Origin: Candidatus Saccharimonadota bacterium
GTDB lineage: Bacteria; Patescibacteriota; Saccharimonadia; Saccharimonadales; UBA4665
Direction of reading: 5' to 3'
Assembly (NCBI GenBank): GCA_029288365.1
Contig: JARIHI010000007.1
Coordinates: 38,464 to 102,463, forward strand
DNA length: 64,000 nt
This document shows positions 26,113 to 36,141 of the stretch, one piece after another. The first letter of the stretch is position 1. Each line of letters opens with the position of its first letter. The notes under the pieces are model-generated. The model did no database searches. It had not been told where the DNA came from and was given only the letters and a program-made list of their open reading frames with translations. The position numbers and the translations under genes are program-made.

Positions 26113-28176
26113 CTACTTACAAGTAAGCGCTGTGGTATCCCATTCTTTATTCTTTGCAGCACATCCTAACGCATCCCAACCTATTTTTTTACTACCTGCC
26201 ACAATCTTGTTGTACGGGTGATTAGTTCCTTTGCAGTTGGTGGGGTGACGAGTAACACCGTACCACATATAATTTTTACAATCTGAAGTGGTGTAGTCAC
26301 GATATTGGAAATACATGACCGCATCTACACGTCCGCTATCACGAGCCCAGTTTATGAAATTGTAAAGATTATTAGCTTGCTCTGCTTCTGTCCATTGAAG
26401 ACTATCTCCGGTTGCCGCTTCATCAGTTGCGGTTGGCCAACCCACTTCAGTTACATAGACCTGTTTGGTGTCACCGCTAGCTTTTGTAAAGTCATAGGCC
26501 TTGTTAACGAGGTCACGGTTCCCCAAAGCAGAAGAAGATTTACTAGATTTTCCGCCATATGGATGCACAATGATGCCGTCTACTTTATCGTGGTTAGAAA
26601 CTACCTTGTTATCTATTTTTGCTGTCCACCAACCCTTACCAAACTGTACTGGATCACCATTATTATAAGAGCCGTCAACGGTTGCTAAAATTTTTGGTGC
26701 GCTACTGCCATACTTGGCGTGAAACGCATCATAAGTGGCGTTGACTACTGCTGCATAAGCTCCGGTGTTGGGGTCTTTAAAGGCGTTACTACCCCAGAAC
26801 CATGTTCCTGCTGGCTCGTTGAGCACTTCAACCATCGGACACCAATTAGTGTCACATCCCGCGTTTTGATAGTTTTGAACTTGCTTATCAGCCCATGCCC
26901 TAGCCAATCGAGCGGTTGCGTCAAAGGCAGTCTCTACTACCACAGTTTTCCCATCTACAGTTTGGGTTTTAGCTTTTGGACTACCAATGAGGCCATATAC
27001 TCCCCCTGTTGTATAGCTACCTGCAATGCTGTAATCTACCTTGACGCCGGCATTCTTCCAAATACTAATTGACGTTGGTGATCGTCCGTCTTCTATACGC
27101 ACATAGTTAACTATTTTTGCCGTGTCGGTAGCAACACTCTGACCCCAGGCATTGGCAGTTTGCAGGCCAACGATCATACCGGTGTTTGGAGTACCTCCTC
27201 CGGCGCCCCCTCCATCATCTGGAGGCGGCGTAGCTGCAGTAACCGTTACGTTAACGGTGGCGCTGATTGTAGCACCGCCCTGGCCCGTACACTTTATAGA
27301 GTAAGACGTATTGCTATTTAAGGCAGACGTTGATTTTGATCCGCTCTTTCCTACAGATGTGCCAGTACTTACGTATGGAGACGTGCCAGCCCACCCATTA
27401 TTAGCTGTACAATCAGTAGTATTAGTACTACTCCAATTGAGTGCTACAGGACTACCCGTCGCAACATTGATAGAACTGCCTGAAACAGCGTTGCCATCAG
27501 CATTTGTGCCAGTGCCACTGAAGCTAAGACTTGGTGCCAAGGTATTGCCATTAAAGGTTAGCTTATCAACAAATAGGCTACTTCTACATGAGCTTGTTTT
27601 AATAAGGTTATCACCCTGCACAAATATCGTATAGGTACCTGCGGGAAGAGAGTAATCGAACTTGCTATCGCCCCAGGAAAGGTTCGTTATATATCTTTGC
27701 TTAACGATTTTTTGTTCCGTAGTACTACCGCTTTTTACTGCAATGATAGTGATATATGGCTGGCGAGTGCTACATTTTGAAAGAGCTTTGACTCTGGCTG
27801 TTACACTTGTCACCGGACTATTTAATACTACCTGCCCTCGTATTTTGGTTGCCCCATTATGTGATTGCTTCCAGCCAAGTTCACCGGCATTGTACGTACC
27901 AGAACCAGATGCGGCACTATCTTTATAAAGCGTAAAGGTTTGCAGCCCTGAAGTATATACTTTTGACGCAGAAACCACTTTGCTTGATGAATTTGGCAGC
28001 TGCATCGTCTCTGCGTCAAGCGTAGCAACTACCGATTCTGCTGCGAAACTTCTTATTAAAAGCGCTACACCAAGAACCGCCACACAGATAAGAGTGATAA
28101 TAATCTGTTTACGTGTTAAATTAAAGCGCCGTGTTAATCCTGAGCCACCCACTACTTCAGGTTGTTGTGCATCCAT
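26113..28176 (-). CDS. Secreted clan GH-A glycoside hydrolase (GH5-like) with N-terminal beta-sandwich/CBM-like domains
   Basis: TM/signal at the N-terminus, an Ig-like segment and a PPPDDGGGAGGG linker. The catalytic-type motifs are VEVLNEPAG (acid/base NEP) and VYVTEVGWPT (nucleophile TE.GW). Confidence 0.6.
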   Translation of the reverse strand: MDAQQPEVVGGSGLTRRFNLTRKQIIITLICVAVLGVALLIRSFAAESVVATLDAETMQLPNSSSKVVSASKVYTSGLQTFTLYKDSAASGSGTYNAGELGWKQSHNGATKIRGQVVLNSPVTSVTARVKALSKCSTRQPYITIIAVKSGSTTEQKIVKQRYITNLSWGDSKFDYSLPAGTYTIFVQGDNLIKTSSCRSSLFVDKLTFNGNTLAPSLSFSGTGTNADGNAVSGSSINVATGSPVALNWSSTNTTDCTANNGWAGTSPYVSTGTSVGKSGSKSTSALNSNTSYSIKCTGQGGATISATVNVTVTAATPPPDDGGGAGGGTPNTGMIVGLQTANAWGQSVATDTAKIVNYVRIEDGRSPTSISIWKNAGVKVDYSIAGSYTTGGVYGLIGSPKAKTQTVDGKTVVVETAFDATARLARAWADKQVQNYQNAGCDTNWCPMVEVLNEPAGTWFWGSNAFKDPNTGAYAAVVNATYDAFHAKYGSSAPKILATVDGSYNNGDPVQFGKGWWTAKIDNKVVSNHDKVDGIIVHPYGGKSSKSSSALGNRDLVNKAYDFTKASGDTKQVYVTEVGWPTATDEAATGDSLQWTEAEQANNLYNFINWARDSGRVDAVMYFQYRDYTTSDCKNYMWYGVTRHPTNCKGTNHPYNKIVAGSKKIGWDALGCAAKNKEWDTTALTCK

Positions 28177-28267
28177 TCTATACCCCTTATGCTATTCCTT
28201 ATAGATAATAAACCACGTCCACTCTATCCGTGTCAATAAGCATAACAACGTTTATGAGCAAATGTAC

Positions 28268-30010
28268 TTAAATTTCTTCGGAAGTTTGGCGTTGCCATAA
28301 GGCATGGTATTTGCCTTTTTTGGCTAACAAATCTTTGTGTCCACCCTCTTCGACTACTTTCCCGTCGTCCATAACTATAATGCGATCTAAGCCTGCGACA
28401 GTACTGAGACGATGCGCAATTATTATAGCCGTGTGGTTGCCAATTATTTCTGGTAAAGCCTTTTGTATTATGTGCTCGCTTTCACTGTCCAAAGCACTTG
28501 TTGCTTCATCGAATAAAATGATAGGGGCTTTCTTCAGCACCGCACGAGCAATCACTACGCGCTGTTTCTGCCCGCCACTGAGCTTAACGCCCCGCTCTCC
28601 CACGATAGTATCGTAGCCATCGGGTAAATCTTTAATAAATTCATGGGCATGGGCAGCTTTAGCAGCTCGAATGACAGCCTTATCATCAGCCTCAAGGTTG
28701 TGGTATGCAATATTTTCTTTAATAGATCGGTGAAAAAGCAACGGCTCCTGCGGTACATACGCAACTCTTGCATGTAAATCGTCCTGTTTTATATCCTTTG
28801 TATTAATGCCATCGATAAGAATTTCGCCCGATTGGATATCATCAAAGCGCATAAGTAAGCTGGCAAGTGTGCTCTTGCCAGCACCGCTGAGTCCCACTAT
28901 GCCAACTTTCTCGCCACCTGCTATGGTAATATTTAGATCTTTAAATACAGGCTTTGCATGTTTGCTATCAGTATATCGAAATACCAAATCTCTAATTTCT
29001 ATTTTTGCCGAAGTTATATTAAAATCTTTTGGATTTGATGGATCGCGTATTGTTTCGTATTCATTACTAAGCACATCTAAAGTCGGATACAGTCGCGTCA
29101 CCAGATCGTCATGTTGATTAATAAGTTCCGGTAAGTCATCAACGTTTCTAATGATTTGAAACATATACGTTATAGTTAGGACTAACAGCCCGACTGTTTG
29201 CGATGTTTCTCTATCTATACCCAGCACCACCCAAAAAGCAGTAGCCACCAGCAGCGTGGTTATAATTGTGCGAGGAATATTGAGATAAATTACAGTTGAT
29301 CTGCGTTTCCAAAAAGTTAGCAGTTCTTCATTAATAAGTGCTTTGATCCTTGTAAAGGCTAGTTTTTGATTTCCAGCAGAACGGTACGCAACAATATTGG
29401 TAATATCATCAGCAATTTCACCAGACAGTCTCCGATATAACTCATGAGATTTTTCACGATATTTGTTCGCTTTAGACGACGACCAGGCTATGTAGTAAAG
29501 TTGCGAAACAAGGAGTAAAAAAGCGACTAAACCTACTCTCCAATCAATAACGCCCAACACTATAATAGGTATGGTCAAAGAAATCCCTGTGCGCACTACG
29601 TCACCACGAAATAGGCGCACCAGCTGCATCATGCTATCTACGTTTTGCCTGTATGCAGCCGTTAAATAGCCTGTTTTGTTATTTCTGTAAAATGCCATGT
29701 CTTTGTTTGAAAGTTTTTCATAAAGCCCTAGCCCAACCCTGCCATATTCTTTATTCTCTGCTTTATGAGCAAACAGTTCACCTATTGCAGCTAGCACGCT
29801 GAAACATACTGTAAGCCCAGCCCACCATATTACATTTTCACGAGCTCGCTCAAAATTACCTGCCGATACAGCGGCAGTCATATTTGCCAGCAAAATAACT
29901 GTAATAACTCGCCCCACTATTGCACGCGACGTTTCAGTGAGCAGCCCAAACCATATTCCCGGCCTTTTGCCATAGGTTATTAGCAAATATTTGTATACTT
30001 TTTTATTCAT
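28268..30010 (-). CDS. ABC exporter, fused permease-ATPase (MsbA/MdlB type)
   Basis: Six-TM N-terminal half, Walker A GLSGAGKST, signature LSGGQKQRVVIARA, Walker B ILFDEATS. Confidence 0.85.
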   Translation of the reverse strand: MNKKVYKYLLITYGKRPGIWFGLLTETSRAIVGRVITVILLANMTAAVSAGNFERARENVIWWAGLTVCFSVLAAIGELFAHKAENKEYGRVGLGLYEKLSNKDMAFYRNNKTGYLTAAYRQNVDSMMQLVRLFRGDVVRTGISLTIPIIVLGVIDWRVGLVAFLLLVSQLYYIAWSSSKANKYREKSHELYRRLSGEIADDITNIVAYRSAGNQKLAFTRIKALINEELLTFWKRRSTVIYLNIPRTIITTLLVATAFWVVLGIDRETSQTVGLLVLTITYMFQIIRNVDDLPELINQHDDLVTRLYPTLDVLSNEYETIRDPSNPKDFNITSAKIEIRDLVFRYTDSKHAKPVFKDLNITIAGGEKVGIVGLSGAGKSTLASLLMRFDDIQSGEILIDGINTKDIKQDDLHARVAYVPQEPLLFHRSIKENIAYHNLEADDKAVIRAAKAAHAHEFIKDLPDGYDTIVGERGVKLSGGQKQRVVIARAVLKKAPIILFDEATSALDSESEHIIQKALPEIIGNHTAIIIAHRLSTVAGLDRIIVMDDGKVVEEGGHKDLLAKKGKYHALWQRQTSEEI

Positions 30011-30048
30011 TTCCTATATCTTATCACCTCTGTTACTATAAGTAACGT

Positions 30049-31128
30049 ATGAGTTTATCTATAGGAATCGTGGGGCTGCCGAACGTTGGGAAGTCAACAC
30101 TATTTAACACGCTGACAAACAGCAATATTTTGGCAGCAAATTATCCGTTTGCCACGATTGAGCCGAATACCGGGATTGTACCGATCCCCGATGACCGGCT
30201 GCAAAAGCTAGCTGATTTATATAACAGCAAGAAAATTGTACCGGCTACAGTCACATTTGTAGACATTGCCGGGCTTGTTGCTGGTGCCAGCAAAGGTGAA
30301 GGTTTGGGTAACCAGTTTTTGGCAAATATCCGTTCCACAAATGCTATCGCGCACATTGTACGGGCATTTGATGACCCGAATGTAACCCATGTAGCCGAAA
30401 ACCATGACCCGAAAAAAGATATAGATATCATTAATACAGAGCTAGTGCTTGCTGATCTGCAAACCGTAGAAAAACGTCTGCCTCGTCTAGAAAAAGAGAG
30501 TCGAGCCAACCCAAAACTAAAACCTTTGACCGAAAAAGTTGCTCGTATGAAACAGCTGCTCGACAACGGTACGCCGCTTCACGCTGTCATGGATCCAACA
30601 GAGTATGAAGGAGTTGAGGATCTTCAGTTACTAACTATGAAGCCAGTGATCTATGTATTTAACGTCGACGAAGCTGGTCTAAGCGATCAGGAAAAACAAG
30701 GCGATTTACGTTCATTGGTAGCTCCTGCTGAAGCAATTTTTGTGTCCGCAAAGCTTGAACACGAGCTACAAAGTTTAGACAAAAGTGACCGTATAGAACT
30801 ACTTAAAATTTATGGCGTTCATGACTCTGGACTGATCCAACTGATCCATGCCGCCTACAGTACATTGGGCTTACAAAGCTATCTAACCGCCGGCGAAAAA
30901 GAAGTTCGAGCCTGGACCATACCAAAAGGCTCCACTGCTCCGCAAGCTGCTGGTGTTATTCATGGAGATTTTGAACGCGGTTTTATTGCGGCCCAAGTTG
31001 TGAACTACACAGACTTACTTACAAGTGGCTCGGAACAAGCAGCAAAAGCCGCAGGGAAAATTCGCACCGAAGGCAAAGACTACGTCATGCAACCAGACGA
31101 TGTCGTTGAGTTTAGATTCAATGTATAA
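30049..31128 (+). CDS. ychF: Ribosome-binding ATPase YchF
   Basis: IGIVGLPNVGKSTLFNTLT (G1), the DIAGLV motif, and a C-terminal TGS-like domain. 359 aa. Confidence 0.9.
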   Translation: MSLSIGIVGLPNVGKSTLFNTLTNSNILAANYPFATIEPNTGIVPIPDDRLQKLADLYNSKKIVPATVTFVDIAGLVAGASKGEGLGNQFLANIRSTNAIAHIVRAFDDPNVTHVAENHDPKKDIDIINTELVLADLQTVEKRLPRLEKESRANPKLKPLTEKVARMKQLLDNGTPLHAVMDPTEYEGVEDLQLLTMKPVIYVFNVDEAGLSDQEKQGDLRSLVAPAEAIFVSAKLEHELQSLDKSDRIELLKIYGVHDSGLIQLIHAAYSTLGLQSYLTAGEKEVRAWTIPKGSTAPQAAGVIHGDFERGFIAAQVVNYTDLLTSGSEQAAKAAGKIRTEGKDYVMQPDDVVEFRFNV

Positions 31129-31144
31129 GATTTGCGGTTAGTAG

Positions 31145-31795
31145 TTAGTAGAACCGTGGAAACTTACTTCGCCTACTTATAAATGATCCTCTGGGGTAGT
31201 GGTAAGGATTGACCCGCGGAGGAGCAGCGAGTAAATCAGGAACTTGCTCTGATTGAGCCGCAGGAGTTGGGCTACTGCCTTCTAGGGCAACTTGCGCTAA
31301 GCCTGTAGGCGCATAGGTTTGGGCTGACTGTGCAGGCAGCGGTATGTTAGAAGTATATTCCGGTACTTGCGCGAATTGCTGTTGCATCATCGCATGTTGA
31401 TGTTGATTACGGATGAAGACTACCCTGTGCTGTAAGTACTCGATAAGTTTGCGCAAACGTTGGTGGTTCCAGCTCGTAAATATTAGTGATTTATTGGTTG
31501 AGAATATTCGCACCGTTGCGTTCAATAAACGGTGGTTGAAATCTATTTCTGAGATCATATCAAAGCGGAGATCTTCAATGGTTAGGTACATAGGTTTTCG
31601 GTCAACCAACAGCAGTCTATGATCGGTCACACATAAAAGCGCAATGCCGCCCTCATAATAACCGTTGGTACACTGGGCAATTGTTTCGCCTGGCAATAGT
31701 ATCTTCGTAAGTTCTTTGATTTCTGGACGTCCAAAAAACCGAAAGTTACAGCCGATGGCTTTTAATTGTTCTTCGATGGTATGTAAATGAACCAT
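31145..31795 (-). CDS. Bacterial PH-domain-like protein
   Basis: Start moved to MVHLHT, which is preceded by AAAGGGGAGAAAGTC. The core GYYEGGIALLCVTDHRLLLVDRKPMYL...VRIFSTNKSLIFTSW resembles the YokE/bPH fold. The tail is Pro/Gln-rich. Confidence 0.5.
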   Translation of the reverse strand: MVHLHTIEEQLKAIGCNFRFFGRPEIKELTKILLPGETIAQCTNGYYEGGIALLCVTDHRLLLVDRKPMYLTIEDLRFDMISEIDFNHRLLNATVRIFSTNKSLIFTSWNHQRLRKLIEYLQHRVVFIRNQHQHAMMQQQFAQVPEYTSNIPLPAQSAQTYAPTGLAQVALEGSSPTPAAQSEQVPDLLAAPPRVNPYHYPRGSFISRRSKFPRFY

Positions 31796-31972
31796 GACTT
31801 TCTCCCCTTTCCTCCGCAGCCCGTCACTCTCCCGGGCTGTCCCTTTCATAATACCTGTACCTCAACATTAGGAGAGTTATTTTTCTTACAAATTTTTTGA
31901 GATTTACGTCACAAACTTCTTTCACGGCAACCGTGCTTGCCGTACAAGTCTCATGTATGTCATAATAAACAT

Positions 31973-32623
31973 ATGTCCATCAACCCAGCACACCAAAAGG
32001 TGCTGGCCGACTTCTTTCGCCAAGGAACACGGCTCACCTACAAGAAGGGGGAGTTCATCATTCGCCCAGGTGAGACGCCGCCGGGCGTTTTTTTTATAGA
32101 AAAGGGACTTATTAAGTCTTACGATATCACCAAATACGGAGAAGAAAATTTATTAGTTATTCGACATGATGGGGAATTATTGGGCATGACATGGGCCCTA
32201 ACCCACCGGCCCAAAGAAGTTATGTACGCCGCCTTAGCACCAACTACGGTATGGTTATTGCCGCGCGAGAAATTTGATACGCTTTTAGAGGCAAACCCAA
32301 AAGTGGCCTTACCACTCTTGCATCTAGTGACAGATATGTATCGCGTCCATTCCGAGCGAATTTTAAATCTTGAATATCGCACGGTCCGTGAACGACTAAT
32401 TTCGTTTTTGCTAAGTATGGCAGATCGATTCGGCACAAAAATTCCTGAAGGGGTGCTAATAGACGCACCTTTGCGACATCAAGATATTGCCAGCTCAATT
32501 AGTGCTACGAGGGAAACGACAGGCCGAGAAATTACCGCCTTAGAAAAGAAAGGTTTACTGAGCAATTCCTCTTCCCGTATTACCTTGCACGATCCAAAAT
32601 CGTTGCGTCAATTTTTGGTATGA
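31973..32623 (+). CDS. Crp/Fnr family transcriptional regulator
   Basis: A cNMP-binding-like beta-roll (GEFIIRPGETPPGVFFIEKGLIK) and a C-terminal HTH (RHQDIASSISATRETTGREITALEKKGLL). Confidence 0.8.
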   Translation: MSINPAHQKVLADFFRQGTRLTYKKGEFIIRPGETPPGVFFIEKGLIKSYDITKYGEENLLVIRHDGELLGMTWALTHRPKEVMYAALAPTTVWLLPREKFDTLLEANPKVALPLLHLVTDMYRVHSERILNLEYRTVRERLISFLLSMADRFGTKIPEGVLIDAPLRHQDIASSISATRETTGREITALEKKGLLSNSSSRITLHDPKSLRQFLV

Positions 32624-32625
32624 CC

Positions 32626-33285
32626 TTAGTGCTTCCACGAAGCTACCATGTGTTCTACGGTAGTTGTAACTTTTTCGTGTGTCGGTACATCAGGCGCGTC
32701 ATAATAATGGTCAATCGTAAAAAATTCTTCAACTACATTAAGGCAGTAGATTTCATCGGCGAGTACGTGCATTCTATCGACTGCCCTTATATTGGCTAAC
32801 GGTGTCGCAACGATAATTTGCTGGCACCGCACTGGTTTCAAAAACTCAAATGCCAAGTCCACACCAAACCCATCTTGCAGCCCATCACTCACTAAAATAA
32901 TATATCTGTCTTTTAAGAGTTCGCGACGAATAACGTCACCCTCACCGCTCACCCGGTGCATTTCATTAATACGACGGAGTTTCTCTTGTTCAATAAATCC
33001 ATGATATTCCATAGTCATTTCGTCGATATACGGTTTGGGGTAAGCATTGTTATAAGTAAACGTCCCGTCTATCGTTATAGCTCCAATGGCCTGGTCTTCG
33101 TGCGGCAAGTCTACTGTAGCCGTAGCAAGTAACATAAGTACACATCTAAGCTGTTGGGCAATTTGCATGCCTACTATTACGCCGCCATCATTCAGCGCAA
33201 CAACGGCACATGGGTGGTCTTTGTGTTTTTTTGCTAGTTGCCCAGCAAGAAGCTTGCCCGCCGCTTCACGACTCTTGAAATACAT
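32626..33285 (-). CDS. Phosphoribosyltransferase-like protein
   Basis: FKSREAAGKLLAGQL...AVVALNDGGVIVG and a PRPP-loop-like RYIILVSDGLQDG. The Met at 33285 was chosen because it avoids overlap with tlyA. Confidence 0.55.
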   Translation of the reverse strand: MYFKSREAAGKLLAGQLAKKHKDHPCAVVALNDGGVIVGMQIAQQLRCVLMLLATATVDLPHEDQAIGAITIDGTFTYNNAYPKPYIDEMTMEYHGFIEQEKLRRINEMHRVSGEGDVIRRELLKDRYIILVSDGLQDGFGVDLAFEFLKPVRCQQIIVATPLANIRAVDRMHVLADEIYCLNVVEEFFTIDHYYDAPDVPTHEKVTTTVEHMVASWKH

Positions 33286-33325
33286 ACTTTTAGTGTAGCA
33301 TTTCTGCTTACGCTTAGAATAAACT

Positions 33326-34069
33326 TTATACTTTTTTATCAAGTTGCTGCTTTTTGGTCCGCAAATGATAAAATCGTTCCAAATTGCCCTTCTCACCTGC
33401 TACCGCAGAATCAGCCTTGTCTACAACAATAAATTGCTTATCAGCCCATTGCTCAAAACTTTTTAAAATATCCCGACGTATTCGATCATTTTTAATAACG
33501 CCCTTGTGTTTTAAGTTATCTGCCACGGCCTCAAATTGCGGCTTGACCATAGCAAGAATATCAGCCTTTGACTTAATAAGCGTCGTTACGTGAGGCAAAA
33601 TTTGCCGCAGCGAAATAAATGATACGTCAATAACTACAATATCAATCTGCTCGTCTGTTCTATAATTTCGAATATCGGTTTGTTCGTGAAGTTCAACGCG
33701 CGGATTTTGGCGAAGCGTAGGATGAAGCTGATGAGTGCCTACATCGACAGCGATACTTTTAGCTGCACCGTGCTGTAAGGCATAATCCGTAAAACCACCA
33801 GTACTACTGCCTACGTCTAATACCGTTTTATCTTTAAAATCTACATGAAACTGCTCAGCTATACTGGCTAGTTTAAGCCCGGCACGACTAACGTATTGCT
33901 CTGACGCTGTGAGTTCAATGTGAGCATTTGTAACCACCAAAAATCCAGGTTTAGTAATAACCTTACCGCCAACCTGAACTTTGCCGAGCTTAATATACGT
34001 TTCTGCCTGACTTCGCGTACTCGTAAGCCTTGCTTGAACTACAGCTTGGTCAAGACGGATTTTTTGCAT
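33326..34069 (-). CDS. tlyA: TlyA-family rRNA 2'-O-methyltransferase (S4 + FtsJ domains)
   Basis: RLDQAVVQARLTSTRSQAETYIKLGKVQVGGKVITKPG (S4 domain) and VLDVGSSTGGFTDYALQHGA (SAM motif I). Confidence 0.85.
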   Translation of the reverse strand: MQKIRLDQAVVQARLTSTRSQAETYIKLGKVQVGGKVITKPGFLVVTNAHIELTASEQYVSRAGLKLASIAEQFHVDFKDKTVLDVGSSTGGFTDYALQHGAAKSIAVDVGTHQLHPTLRQNPRVELHEQTDIRNYRTDEQIDIVVIDVSFISLRQILPHVTTLIKSKADILAMVKPQFEAVADNLKHKGVIKNDRIRRDILKSFEQWADKQFIVVDKADSAVAGEKGNLERFYHLRTKKQQLDKKV

Positions 34070-34074
34070 AGATT

Positions 34075-34194
34075 TTAGTCACTCAATAACTCAATACCTG
34101 CGCCGAGTAATAGTAGCGCGCCAAGAGCCACCGTTACGTTCCATGCAAACTCGCCAAATGAATGCGATTTTTCTTTGCTAGTAGAGCTTGCCAT
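34075..34194 (-). CDS. Small 39-aa single-TM ORF (not in the ORF track)
   Basis: MASSTSKEKSHSFGEFAWNVTVALGALLLLGAGIELLSD. An AAGGAG SD lies 7 nt upstream of the ATG, at the end of the efp coding sequence. Confidence 0.4.
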   Translation of the reverse strand: MASSTSKEKSHSFGEFAWNVTVALGALLLLGAGIELLSD

Positions 34195-34198
34195 ATGC

Positions 34199-34765
34199 TT
34201 ACTCCTTTACACGTTCACGGTATGCACCAGTGGTAGTATCTACGGAAATAACGTCGCCTTGTTTGATAAATGCAGGTACTTTTACGGTGATACCTGTTTC
34301 TAGTGTAGCATCTTTAAGCACGCTACTAGTGGTGTCACCCTTTACTACATTTTCAGTATATGTCACCATAAGGGGAACATTCTTGGGTAGCTCAACGTTA
34401 ATAGGACGACCATCAAAAAACTGTAGTTGTAATCTATCGCCTTCTTTAAGATATCCTGCTCCTTCACCAACCAAGTCTTTTGCAACCTCAAACTGCTCAA
34501 AAGTCTCTTCGTTCATGAAGAAAAATGTACTGTCGTCATTATAAAGATACTGTACACTCTGGTTCGTAACGTCGGCACTATCAAGCTGCTCGTTGCCCTT
34601 AAACGTTTTTTCTAGCACCTTGCCATCGATTAAACTCTTGATGCGCACATTTACAATCGAACCGCCGCGGCCCATAACTTTCTGACTATACTCAACGACA
34701 CGATACGGCACTCCTTCAAGCTGAAAGAGCGTTCCCTTTTTTAAATCCGTAATGTTTAATGCCAT
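34199..34765 (-). CDS. efp: Translation elongation factor P
   Basis: 188 aa. The N-terminus NITDLKKGTLFQLEGVPYRVVEYSQKVMGRGGSIV contains the KPG-loop equivalent. Confidence 0.9.
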   Translation of the reverse strand: MALNITDLKKGTLFQLEGVPYRVVEYSQKVMGRGGSIVNVRIKSLIDGKVLEKTFKGNEQLDSADVTNQSVQYLYNDDSTFFFMNEETFEQFEVAKDLVGEGAGYLKEGDRLQLQFFDGRPINVELPKNVPLMVTYTENVVKGDTTSSVLKDATLETGITVKVPAFIKQGDVISVDTTTGAYRERVKE

Positions 34766-34778
34766 AGCTACTCTACAA

Positions 34779-34982
34779 CTAATTATTTGCTACGAATGGC
34801 AGTAGCGCAATGTGGCGAGCACGCTTGATGGCGCGTGCCAAATGTCGTTGCTGGCTTTCAGTCAGCCCAGTTTTTTTACGGGTTTCAATTTGCCCGTAAA
34901 TATTTACAAACCGTTGCAGCGTTTTAACATCTTTGTAGTCAAAATAAGCAACGTCTGTTCTATGTTTAAAAATCTTTGCCAT
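34779..34982 (-). CDS. rpsR: 30S ribosomal protein S18
   Basis: FDYKDVKTLQRFVNIYGQIETRKKTGLTESQQRHLARAIKRARHIALLPF. Confidence 0.9.
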   Translation of the reverse strand: MAKIFKHRTDVAYFDYKDVKTLQRFVNIYGQIETRKKTGLTESQQRHLARAIKRARHIALLPFVANN

Positions 34983-35015
34983 AAATTTAAATTTCCTTTC
35001 TACTGATTAAAGAAC

Positions 35016-35124
35016 TTTTTCTAGATGTGAAGTGCAAGGCAGAGCCGAGTACTGGAATGAGCTGTATATAGGATACAGCGAGTGAAGCACGGAGGTTCTA
35101 ACGCAGCAATTCGCTCTAGAAAAA
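35016..35124 (-). repeat. 10-bp perfect inverted repeat enclosing about 89 nt in the ssb-rpsR spacer
   Basis: tttttctaga (35016-25) and tctagaaaaa (35115-24). An internal hairpin is ctgtat-atagg-atacag. There are direct repeats gtgaagtgcaagg and gtgaagcacggagg. Confidence 0.5.
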
Positions 35125-35134
35125 CGTTCGCCCG

Positions 35135-35593
35135 TTAGAATGGGATGTCGTCGAGATTAATAGGCTCATCAGTGATATCTTCAATCACCACATCGTCTTT
35201 TTTCTTCGACGAGTTAGCGTTTGCCGTATCACCTGCAGTATTACTACTGTTGTCATCGCCACCGCGGCCATCGAGGAAGGTCACATCGCTCGCAAGTACC
35301 TCAACTTTACTGCGCTTTTGCCCATCCTGTTCCCAGCTACGACTCTGCAACCGGCCTTGCACCAGACAGCGACGGCCTTTACTGAGGTACTGTGCAACAC
35401 GCTCGCCGAGGGGTCCCCACGCCACGATATCAATGTAATCAGTTGCTTCTTTCCATTCGCCGCTCTGGTCTTTGTACGCGCGGTTCAGTGCTAGGCTGAA
35501 GCTACACACACTTTGGCCGCTTGGCGTGTTCCGAAGCTCTGGATCACGCGTTAGATTCCCCATTAAGATGACTTGGTTGACACTTCGTGCCAT
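35135..35593 (-). CDS. ssb: Single-stranded DNA-binding protein
   Basis: The OB fold begins VNQVILMGNLTRDPELR and the acidic tip ends DDIPF. SD is AAGGAGGG. Confidence 0.9.
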   Translation of the reverse strand: MARSVNQVILMGNLTRDPELRNTPSGQSVCSFSLALNRAYKDQSGEWKEATDYIDIVAWGPLGERVAQYLSKGRRCLVQGRLQSRSWEQDGQKRSKVEVLASDVTFLDGRGGDDNSSNTAGDTANANSSKKKDDVVIEDITDEPINLDDIPF

Positions 35594-35667
35594 ATATCCC
35601 TCCTTAGCCGGGTTTTCTAGGTTGTGGTACTACCCTGGCTGCCTAATTTACTAATGTGCTTAGTATA

Positions 35668-36051
35668 TTACTTTTCTTCGTCTTTGTCTTCTGCTTCTTC
35701 GTCATCGTTGTCAGAACTGCGGCGGGCTGCTTGCTTGGCTTTTTGAGCTTCAGCCTTTGCAATTGCCTTGAGGTCTGGACGCGTTACCAAGAAGCGGATC
35801 ACTTCGTCGGTGATATTGAGCGTGCTTTCGATTTTACGCACGTTCTCACCTGGAATCTCTACTGTGTAGAATACATACACTGCAGATTCATTCTTGTTAA
35901 TTGGGTACGCTAATTTACGCTTGCCCCAATTGTCTACATTAGTGATTTTACCACCGTTGTCGGTAAAGATTTTCTCTATCCGTTTGGTAGCTTTTTCCAG
36001 ATCAATTTCTAGGTCTGGATCATACAAAATAGCGATTTCGTATTGGTTCAC
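35668..36051 (-). CDS. rpsF: 30S ribosomal protein S6
   Basis: GTG start at 36051, preceded by AAAGGAGGATTC. It begins V-NQYEIAILYDP and has an acidic C-terminal tail. The longer ORF to 36141 was rejected as an upstream extension. Confidence 0.85.
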   Translation of the reverse strand: MNQYEIAILYDPDLEIDLEKATKRIEKIFTDNGGKITNVDNWGKRKLAYPINKNESAVYVFYTVEIPGENVRKIESTLNITDEVIRFLVTRPDLKAIAKAEAQKAKQAARRSSDNDDEEAEDKDEEK

Positions 36052-36141
36052 GAATCCTCCTTTGGTTAAAGCCCGTACACCATGCGTTACGAGCTGAGTT
36101 AATAACTCTGTTATTTTACTAGAGTTACCTCTGTTAGTCAA

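Noticed and set aside
36052-36141. 30-codon extension of the rpsF ORF
   Set aside because: S6 proteins start at the ..YE(I/V).. motif. A GTG with a perfect AAGGAGG SD sits exactly there (36051). A 7-bp hairpin (36103-36127) in the rejected part looks like leader or terminator structure.
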